In this document: positions 8,677 through 15,164 of the stretch, one piece after another
Layout of the letters: every line of letters starts with the position of its first letter
Numbering within the stretch: position 1 is the stretch's first letter
NCBI GenBank assembly: GCA_029261755.1
Contig: JAJDAS010000068.1
Span: 1-40,634 of the forward strand
Origin: Nitrospinia bacterium
Lineage (GTDB): Bacteria; Nitrospinota; Nitrospinia; JACRGO01
DNA length: 40,634 nt
Direction of reading: 5' to 3'
The notes under the pieces: generated by a model
The model's database searches: none
Seen by the model: the letters and a program-made list of their open reading frames with translations, nothing else
Told to the model about the DNA's origin: nothing
Made by a program: the position numbers and the translations under genes

Positions 8677-8705
8677 TTGACTTATATACCTCAACCCTAT
8701 ATATT
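8677..8705 (+). promoter_or_regulatory. Candidate sigma70 promoter for the hydrogenase operon
   Basis: TTGACT (8677-8682), a 17-nt spacer, then TATATT (8700-8705), about 45 nt upstream of the small-subunit start. Sequence match only. Confidence 0.4.
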
Positions 8706-8747
8706 TTAGGCATGTCATTTCACTTTAACCAAGGAGGTACCGGGAAA

Positions 8748-9656
8748 ATGGGTAAATTTTTGGATAGGAGGGAGTTTCTAAAGTCAATTGGCGTTACCAC
8801 GGCTGGGGTTTCCTTGACTCAGGTATATAATCCCTTGGTGGCCAAAGTCTTTGCCGAGGTCGTGGAAACTGCGCCACCGGTGATCTGGTTCGCTGGGGGG
8901 ACCTGCGGGGGCTGCTCCATTTCGGCTCTGAACGCCATGGACCCTAAGATTGATGAGATTTTACTGAAACTAATCACTCTGCATTACCACATCAATATTA
9001 GCGCGGCCTCTGGCGAAACCCTGATGGAACAGGTCTATGAGGTTATGGAAAAGCATAAAGGAAAATATATTTATGTTCAGGAGGGGGTTATTTCCACAGC
9101 CGCCGAGGGCCGTTTTTGCATAGTGGGAGATTATAAAGGAAAGAAAATCACCATGGTTCAATTGGCCCGGGAGTTGGCTAAAAACGCCCAGGCCGTAGTG
9201 GCTGCGGGAAGTTGCCCTTCCTTTGGTGGTATTCCCTCCGCCAATCCCAACCCAACCGGTGTCAAGCCGTTAAGTGAGTTCACTGACAAGCCGGTGCTGA
9301 ATATTCCAGGTTGCCCTGTTCACCCTGACGATATTTTCGGATCCTTGATCTATTATTTGAAAAACGGACTTCCCGAGCTGGATAAACTGAATCGCCCCAA
9401 ACTGTTTTTTGGCGAAAGTATTCACCAGAAATGTTTTCTCAAGCCTCAATTCGATGCGGAAAATCTGGCTGAGAATTTCGGAGAACAAGGAAAATGCTAC
9501 GCTCTTATGGGATGCTTGGGGCCCAAAACCTATTGCAATTCCTGGAAACGAGGATGGAATGGAAATACCAATTGGTGCGTGAAAAGCGGATCTCACTGCA
9601 TTGCCTGCACGGAACCGACTTTTGCCAAAACCAGATCAGGCCTTTACGCATATTAA
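8748..9656 (+). CDS. [NiFe] hydrogenase small subunit, Tat-exported
   Basis: Twin-arginine signal 'DRREFLKSIGVTTAG'. FeS ligand patterns 'GGTCGGCS', 'GSCPSFGG', 'PGCPVHP', 'HQKC...GKCYALMGC' and 'NWCVKSGSHCIAC'. No C-terminal TM anchor. Start chosen at ATG 8748 (RBS AAGGAGG 8731-8737) rather than the track start 8712. Confidence 0.9.
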   Translation: MGKFLDRREFLKSIGVTTAGVSLTQVYNPLVAKVFAEVVETAPPVIWFAGGTCGGCSISALNAMDPKIDEILLKLITLHYHINISAASGETLMEQVYEVMEKHKGKYIYVQEGVISTAAEGRFCIVGDYKGKKITMVQLARELAKNAQAVVAAGSCPSFGGIPSANPNPTGVKPLSEFTDKPVLNIPGCPVHPDDIFGSLIYYLKNGLPELDKLNRPKLFFGESIHQKCFLKPQFDAENLAENFGEQGKCYALMGCLGPKTYCNSWKRGWNGNTNWCVKSGSHCIACTEPTFAKTRSGLYAY

Positions 9657-9671
9657 AGGGAGGAAAAATAA

Positions 9672-11105
9672 ATGAAAGAAAATAGTTCTAAGAAAAAGGT
9701 TATTACTGTTGATCCGGTGGGCAGAACCGAAGGACATCTTGGGATCACCATCACCATCGAAAACAACAAGGTCACAAGCGCCCAGGCCTTCAGTCCGGTT
9801 TATAGAGGATTCGAAAAAATTATGATCGGCCGCGATCCCAGGGAGGCCCAGGACCTGCCTACTCGAATTTGCGGCGTTTGTCCCATGGTGCATTCCGTCT
9901 GCGGCAATAAAAATCTTGAGATGTTATTCGGCGAGCCTTTTAACGAAAATGCCAGGTTGATGCGAAATATTTCTCACGGCACTCATATGATTGGAGACCA
10001 TGCCCTTCATTTTTTTCATCTGGCGGCCCTGGACTTCGTCAAGGGTCCGGATAAGCCACCTTTTATTCCGAGATACGGCGATGATTTTCGAATTCCCAAA
10101 AAAGAGAATGATGAAATCGTTGGGCACTACATCCAGGCCCTGGAAATCAGGCGGATAGCCCAGGAGGCCGCCACCATCTTTGCCGGCAAACTTCCCCATG
10201 CCATTACTTTCGTTCCAGGTGGCATGACGGAGACGCCCACCAAGGAAAAGATCGCCGCATGGAAAGAACGGTTCAATAAGATGAAGGCGTTCGTAAACGA
10301 CGTCTGGATCAAGGACGTGGAGGCTGTGGCCAAGTTTTATCCCGACTACGCAACAATCGGGAGCGGTCCATCAGACTATTTGAGTTTTGGCGTTTTTGAA
10401 TTGGATAACAAAGACACCAAGCATTACCACAAGCGCGGCTCCTTTATTGACGGCAAATATGAGGAATTGGATATCAAACGTATTACGGAAGATGTCACCC
10501 ATACCTGGCAGGATGGAAAAGATAACAAGAACCCCTTTGACCCGGACACGAAAACAGCGAATCCCGATAAAAAAGATGCTTATAGCTTTATTACAGCCGC
10601 CCGTTATAAGGATCGGGCCATGGAGGTCGGACCTTTCGCCCGTATGAAGGTAGACGGAAAAATGAAGGGACATTCTTCGGTTTTAAACCGCCACATGGCG
10701 CGGGTCCTGGAGGCGCAACATTTGATCCACGGTCTGGAAGAATGGGTGGACGCCTTGGCATTGGGAGAATCGGGAATGATCGAACAAATGCCCGTTCCGG
10801 ATGAGGGTACGAGTTATGGTTTGTCCGAAGCCCCCAGGGGCGCTTGCGGTCACTGGATGAAAGTGAAGGGTGGGAAAATTTCCCATTGGCAGGCCATTCC
10901 AGCCACCAACTGGAACGGTTCCCCCAGGGACGCCAAAGGAAACCTGGGGCCCTTTGAATTGGCTTTAATGGATACACCCATTGCCGATCCCAACGTTCCG
11001 GTGGAGGCCATGAGGGTGGTTCGGTCCTTTGATCCATGCATGGCTTGTGCGGTTCATGTAATTACTCCCGATAGGGATTTGGGGAAGTTTGTCGTGGTAC
11101 CCTAA
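9672..11105 (+). CDS. [NiFe] hydrogenase large subunit
   Basis: N-terminal Ni-Fe ligand motif 'RICGVCPMVH' and C-terminal 'DPCMACAVH', followed by a 15-aa tail (VITPDRDLGKFVVVP) of the kind removed by the maturation protease. 477 aa. RBS GGGAGG upstream. Confidence 0.92.
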   Translation: MKENSSKKKVITVDPVGRTEGHLGITITIENNKVTSAQAFSPVYRGFEKIMIGRDPREAQDLPTRICGVCPMVHSVCGNKNLEMLFGEPFNENARLMRNISHGTHMIGDHALHFFHLAALDFVKGPDKPPFIPRYGDDFRIPKKENDEIVGHYIQALEIRRIAQEAATIFAGKLPHAITFVPGGMTETPTKEKIAAWKERFNKMKAFVNDVWIKDVEAVAKFYPDYATIGSGPSDYLSFGVFELDNKDTKHYHKRGSFIDGKYEELDIKRITEDVTHTWQDGKDNKNPFDPDTKTANPDKKDAYSFITAARYKDRAMEVGPFARMKVDGKMKGHSSVLNRHMARVLEAQHLIHGLEEWVDALALGESGMIEQMPVPDEGTSYGLSEAPRGACGHWMKVKGGKISHWQAIPATNWNGSPRDAKGNLGPFELALMDTPIADPNVPVEAMRVVRSFDPCMACAVHVITPDRDLGKFVVVP

Positions 11106-11182
11106 GGCCTGATTGAGTTTAAAAGAGCATGCGATCCTTAGCGGGGAGAGAAGCCAAAACCAAAAAGAACTAATAAAGTAAT

Positions 11183-11325
11183 AATTTAACGCAGAGGTGC
11201 AGAGAACGCAGAGGCAAACAATAGTGACAAGTAACGAGTGACAAGAAAAACCTGCCGTTACTTGTTACTCGTTACTTGTTACTGCTTTTTTCTCTGCGTC
11301 CTCCGCGACCTCTGCGTTAAAATTG
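11183..11325. repeat. Long imperfect hairpin / REP-like composite repeat
   Basis: Outer arms aatttaacgcagagg (11183-11197) and cctctgcgttaaaattg (11309-11325). Inner arms gtgacaagtaacgagtgacaag (11224-11245) and cttgttactcgttacttgttac (11261-11282) are built of heptamer-like GTNACNA repeats. The element lies between the large-subunit gene and the Uma2 gene. Confidence 0.75.
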
Positions 11326-11398
11326 TCTTCCTTTTTATGGTTCCTTTAAAACTTTAGTTTGAGAAATATTTTTTTTGTCAGTTAACGGAGGACTGTAA

Positions 11399-11959
11399 AT
11401 GCAAACCGCTATCCAAGAAAAGACATATACCTATGAGGATTACCTGGAGACGCCAGACGACAAAAGGTATGAACTCATAAAGGGGGAGTTAATTATGACG
11501 CCAGCACCAAAGCCCTATCATCAATGGATTTCGGAAAACATCCAGTTTGAATTAGGGAAATTTGTCAGGCAAAAAAAAATGGGTAAGGTCTTTGATTCCC
11601 CATGCGATGTTTATTTTGACAATGAAAATGTCCTACAACCGGATATCCTTTTTATTGCAAAGGAAAGACTCGGCATTATTGGCGAAAAGAATATCCATGG
11701 GGCTCCTGATCTTGTTATCGAAATACTGTCCGAGTCAACGGCATATAGGGACCTGGTTCAAAAGAAAAAAATCTACGCGAAATTCGGGGTAAAAGAATAC
11801 TGGATAGTGGACCCTGGAGAAAAAAACGTGGAATTACATGTTTTAAAAGAAGAGTTGTTTGAGCTTGCCGGGCGATTCTCAGAAAATGAAATTTTTCAAT
11901 CCGTGCTGCTTGATGGATTTACCATGAATCTTGAGGATATTTTCACTTCCTGGAAATAA
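11399..11959 (+). CDS. Uma2-family (DUF820) restriction-endonuclease-like protein
   Basis: 'YTYEDYLETPDDKRYELIKGELIMTPAP', 'QPDILFI', 'GAPDLVIEILSEST' and 'KKKIYAKFGVKEYWIVDP' match the Uma2 family pattern. Confidence 0.8.
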   Translation: MQTAIQEKTYTYEDYLETPDDKRYELIKGELIMTPAPKPYHQWISENIQFELGKFVRQKKMGKVFDSPCDVYFDNENVLQPDILFIAKERLGIIGEKNIHGAPDLVIEILSESTAYRDLVQKKKIYAKFGVKEYWIVDPGEKNVELHVLKEELFELAGRFSENEIFQSVLLDGFTMNLEDIFTSWK

Positions 11960-11964
11960 AAATA

Positions 11965-12432
11965 TTGAAAAAAATCCTGGTCCTTGGAATCGGCAATCTG
12001 GTTCAGTCCGATGACGGTTTCGGGGTCCACATAATACGGGAATTGCTCAAGGAAAAAGACACTCTCCCACCCAATGTGGATTTACTGGACGGAGGAACAT
12101 CCATTGTTGACCAAATGGGAGATCTGGCGAACGCCGACCGGTTAATCTGCATAGATGTGGTGGAAGGGGGCGGGGCTCCCGGAACCATCTACCGCTTTAA
12201 ACCGGAAGACATCACATACAAAAAAAGCAAATTCCACCACGCCCATAAGATCTCCATTTTCGACACCCTGGAAATGGTCCGCCATATGAGCAACAAAGCC
12301 CCGGAGGCCATTATTATTGCCGTCCAGCCTGGAAATATTGACTGGGGAACGGAACTTTCCCAGACCCTGAAAAATTCGATCCCGCAAGTACTGGAAATAA
12401 TCCGAAATGAAATTGCGGAAGCACTGGTTTAA
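11965..12432 (+). CDS. [NiFe] hydrogenase maturation endopeptidase (HyaD/HybD/HoxM family)
   Basis: 'KILVLGIGNLVQSDDGFGVH', 'LDGGTSIVD' and 'HHAHKIS' are typical of the family. TTG start. The large subunit carries a cleavable C-terminal tail. Confidence 0.8.
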   Translation: MKKILVLGIGNLVQSDDGFGVHIIRELLKEKDTLPPNVDLLDGGTSIVDQMGDLANADRLICIDVVEGGGAPGTIYRFKPEDITYKKSKFHHAHKISIFDTLEMVRHMSNKAPEAIIIAVQPGNIDWGTELSQTLKNSIPQVLEIIRNEIAEALV

Positions 12433-12490
12433 CATTATCAGGAATTTTTGGCGCGAAAAATGTTCTCACTTTATCTTTCCAGCTATACTA

Positions 12491-12587
12491 AAACCAATTT
12501 GATTTTCGGTTTTTAAAATCAAATTTTGGTTGCAGTTAATGCTTAGCAATTGGTTTCGCTAATTTTAAGATACCGAAAACCAATTGC
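12491..12587. promoter_or_regulatory. Two adjacent inverted repeats sharing an AAACCAATT half-site (candidate operator)
   Basis: IR1: aaaccaatttgatttt (12491-12506) and aaaatcaaattttggtt (12515-12531). IR2: gcaattggtttcg (12546-12558) and cgaaaaccaattgc (12574-12587). That gives four AACCAAT-type half-sites about 90-185 nt upstream of the tetrahaem cytochrome start. Confidence 0.4.
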
Positions 12588-12675
12588 GGTAGAGTATAAA
12601 TGCTTGAAGATATGCACCCTGCATAATATACATAGCAAATCGAACCTGAACTTTATTTATTTTCGGAGAAATGTA

Positions 12676-13275
12676 ATGTCCCCAAAAAAATCTTTTTACT
12701 TTTTCTTTTTTATAGCCAGCTTGTTTTCAGTGTTATCATCCTTTGCTCCATGCTATGCCGAAGACGAGCGTATAGAAATAGAACTGAAGGATACCGCTCC
12801 CATGGCCAATCCCCTGAAGTACGCCCTGGGAGATGCAGAGTATGATAAGGCTATTAAATCCGGAGAATATTCCTACTCCGGAAATTTAAAGTGTCGGTTA
12901 TGCCACCGGGATTTCTTCATGGGTCGGAAAAAAGATCTGCATGAACATACCTTCAAAAAAAGTGTAAAGAAGCATCGGAAGGAAACCCGTTGCTTTCCTT
13001 GCCACAGCACCGGATACGGTATTGAGTCGGGCTTCACCAGTTTGAAAGAGACCCCAAAACTCGCCAATGTTCAATGCGAGGGGTGCCATGGCCCAGGAAG
13101 TAAACATAACATACTTGGCGCCAAGGGCGGCTTCTTGGCCGGGACCGATAAACCCGGCACCATTAAGAAAATGTGCCAAGCCTGCCACAACGCTAGATGG
13201 GACAAGTCTTATAAGGATGTTAACGCCGCATATGAGGTGTATAAAAACGCCGAGGCCGCCGCTACGTTGAAATAA
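12676..13275 (+). CDS. Tetrahaem c-type cytochrome (periplasmic), copy A
   Basis: Signal peptide, then four CXXCH motifs: CRLCH, CFPCH, CEGCH, CQACH. Start taken at ATG 12676 (RBS GGAGA). The track ORF start at 12550 lies in the regulatory repeats and has no signal-peptide logic. Confidence 0.88.
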   Translation: MSPKKSFYFFFFIASLFSVLSSFAPCYAEDERIEIELKDTAPMANPLKYALGDAEYDKAIKSGEYSYSGNLKCRLCHRDFFMGRKKDLHEHTFKKSVKKHRKETRCFPCHSTGYGIESGFTSLKETPKLANVQCEGCHGPGSKHNILGAKGGFLAGTDKPGTIKKMCQACHNARWDKSYKDVNAAYEVYKNAEAAATLK

Positions 13276-13318
13276 CCCAAACCCAGTTTGCAGGAAAGAA
13301 ATGTCCAAGGAGAAACCC

Positions 13319-14470
13319 ATGCGAAAATTAACTATTGCTTTTTTGTTCCCGCTCATGTTTTTTGCTTTTGCCCTTTCCTCTCTTTCAGCTCAAGCGGAAA
13401 AATCCGACCTTGTAAAGCCGGAAAAAAGCCTGGATCTGGACACTCCTGTAGATTGTGGAGAGTGCCATAAAAGGATTTACGAAGAGTGGGTGGGAACCAT
13501 GCACGCGCACTCTACTCCCGCAAAAAACCCCATGGTAAAGGCGTACTATGATTTTTTGCTTAAGGAAAATTACGACACCAGCAAATGCGATAAATGCCAT
13601 GTGCCGTTTCGAGCGCTCTATCCCGAGGAAAAGGATAAAAACGCGAAACTTTTTATGGACGGAGTAAGCTGCCTCTTTTGCCATTCCGTCCATGGGAAAA
13701 ATTCCGGGGACAACCAGGGGATCGATTACTATAAACTGGATTTTTTTAAACCGATCACCGGTCCCACCAAAACCGATAAAAGCGCACATGATTCCAAATT
13801 CCTGGGTTTGTATAAACATGTGGATATATGCTCCGGTTGCCATCAAAGCGGGGAAGCGGAATATTATGCCGAGGGAAAATCCAAGTCTTTGTGCCAGCAA
13901 TGCCACATGCCTTCCATGAGAAAGGTTAAGTCGGCTAAGAATGGGCCTGTACGGGAAAAGGTCTACCAGCATCTTTTCGAAGGGGGGCATTCCCCAATAT
14001 TACTCAGCATGGCCGCAATAATCGAAGGGAAGGCCCAAAAAAAAGACGGCAAAACTATCCTCCATTTAAAGCTGGAAAACTTGTCTCTTCACCGCATTCC
14101 TATTGGATTTCCCTTGCGAGCCATATATGTGAAGGTGACGGCTCTCGATGAAAATGACAATCCCATTTGGTCCAATTATAAAGAACACCCGAAAAACGAA
14201 GACCCCAAAAGCTATTTTGCCCTTTCCTATCCCGAAGAAGAGGCAGTCTATGTGCACTTCGTTAAAAATATTAAGCCGATTAAAGACACCCGTCTGGAAG
14301 CCGCATCTATAAAAAAACTGAGTTATGACGTATCTTCGGACAAAATTGCGGCATTTCAAGTAAAACTCTTTTATCGCCTGTTGCCTGAGTCAGTACAAAA
14401 AAAACTGAATATGGATGAAGCAGTCGCCCAGGAGACGTTGATGTCTGAAGAAACAATAACTATTGATTAG
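13319..14470 (+). CDS. Pentahaem c-type cytochrome with about 170-aa haem-free C-terminal domain, copy A
   Basis: Signal peptide 'MRKLTIAFLFPLMFFAFALSSLSAQA'. Five CXXCH motifs: CGECH, CDKCH, CLFCH, CSGCH, CQQCH. The C-terminal half has no Cys. Start at ATG 13319 (RBS AAGGAGA 13307-13313), matching the N-terminus of the paralogue at 22007. Confidence 0.88.
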   Translation: MRKLTIAFLFPLMFFAFALSSLSAQAEKSDLVKPEKSLDLDTPVDCGECHKRIYEEWVGTMHAHSTPAKNPMVKAYYDFLLKENYDTSKCDKCHVPFRALYPEEKDKNAKLFMDGVSCLFCHSVHGKNSGDNQGIDYYKLDFFKPITGPTKTDKSAHDSKFLGLYKHVDICSGCHQSGEAEYYAEGKSKSLCQQCHMPSMRKVKSAKNGPVREKVYQHLFEGGHSPILLSMAAIIEGKAQKKDGKTILHLKLENLSLHRIPIGFPLRAIYVKVTALDENDNPIWSNYKEHPKNEDPKSYFALSYPEEEAVYVHFVKNIKPIKDTRLEAASIKKLSYDVSSDKIAAFQVKLFYRLLPESVQKKLNMDEAVAQETLMSEETITID

Positions 14471-14537
14471 CGTCTTAGGGATTGACTTTTTAGCTTATTA
14501 GTTCCTTACCCATTGGCTCAATCAATATTTAAATCGA

Positions 14538-14957
14538 ATGGCGGAAATAACCGCTGATTTTGAAGGCACTTTAGATAAGTTCATGGGTGACGGCGTAATG
14601 GTTTTTTTGGGTGATCCCAAATCGCCCAGTATTGATAAAGATGCTAAAAAGTGTGTTCAAATGGCCATTGAGATGCAAAAAGAGGCCAAGAAAATGAATA
14701 TGGGTGTTCGAATCGGTATTAATTCAGGAATGTGTACGGTGGGGAATTTTGGCAGTAAAAATCGAATGGATTATACAATTATCGGAAGTACCGTCAATCT
14801 TGCGGCTCGTTTGGAAAGAAGCTCCGAACCCGGGCAAATTTCGATTTCCGATTCAACATACCAACTGGTCAAGGACGCGCTTCCTTGTACTCCGAGGGAA
14901 AGTATAACGGTAAAAGGAATTGAAGGTGAGATTGTAACCTATTGGGTTGATGGGTAA
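14538..14957 (+). pseudogene. Truncated class III adenylate/guanylate cyclase catalytic domain (C-terminal part only)
   Basis: The 139-aa ORF begins at 'DKFMGDGVMVF' (second metal Asp region) and continues through 'RIGINSGMCTVGNFGS', 'YTIIGSTVNLAARLE' and 'ITVKG'. The first beta-strand with the FxDIxGFT-type metal Asp is absent, and an in-frame stop lies just upstream of the ATG. Confidence 0.5.
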
Positions 14958-15030
14958 AATGTCCAGGTTATGATTGCTATCATGGGAAGGGCCCAACAAG
15001 GTTTAAGCGAGTGCCATGGAGTAAAGGATA

Positions 15031-15064
15031 TTTTGACTTTAAAATATGGTTCTGCTAACCTTTG
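15031..15064 (+). promoter_or_regulatory. Conserved promoter-like 34-nt box, copy 1 (TTGACT-N17-TAACCT)
   Basis: ttttgactttaaaatatggttctgctaacctttg matches 19825-19858 at 30 of 34 positions. It lies about 100 nt upstream of the hybrid kinase start. Confidence 0.45.
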
Positions 15065-15164
15065 CTCAAATTGTTCCTTTTTATAGAGTCATTCAATCTT
15101 TTCCCTTTTTCATTCTTACGCTTTACCATTTTCTGGTAAGTAGAGCCACTTACGTCGATTAATC

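Noticed and set aside
10591-11037. Long antisense or alternative-frame ORFs inside well-supported genes. Examples: 10591-11037(-), 13385-13990(-), 16328-16840(-), 25041-25538(-), 30076-30738(-), 31744-32160(+), 35788-36429(+), 37487-37858(+).
   Set aside because: They lie entirely within genes that have strong domain evidence on the other strand or frame. They have no RBS or motif support and low-complexity compositions typical of shadow ORFs.
11020-11060. Possible [NiFeSe] enzyme (in-frame TGA/selenocysteine at the C-terminal ligand).
   Set aside because: The motif is encoded as DPCMACAVH with ordinary Cys codons, and there is no in-frame TGA.
8748-11105. The idea that this is a cytoplasmic regulatory (H2-sensing, HupUV/HoxBC-type) hydrogenase, given the short large subunit and flanking kinases.
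   Set aside because: The small subunit has a clear twin-arginine signal. The large subunit has a C-terminal tail after DPCxxCxxH, and a maturation endopeptidase is present. To my knowledge regulatory hydrogenases lack all three features. A sensing role through periplasmic cytochromes remains possible (see findings).
12449-12463. Sigma54-like element TGGCGCGAAAAATGT, and TGGTTGCAGTTAATGC near 12528.
   Set aside because: The first has GT instead of the near-invariant -12 GC. The second has GG-N11-GC spacing, off by one. Neither is convincing without an enhancer-binding protein in the window.
12550-12675. N-terminal extension of the tetrahaem cytochrome ORF (track start 12550), and similarly 8712-8747 for the hydrogenase small subunit and 13301-13318 for the pentahaem gene.
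   Set aside because: The extensions precede the signal or Tat peptide and overlap regulatory repeats or lack an RBS. The internal ATGs have good RBSs and match the paralogue N-termini.
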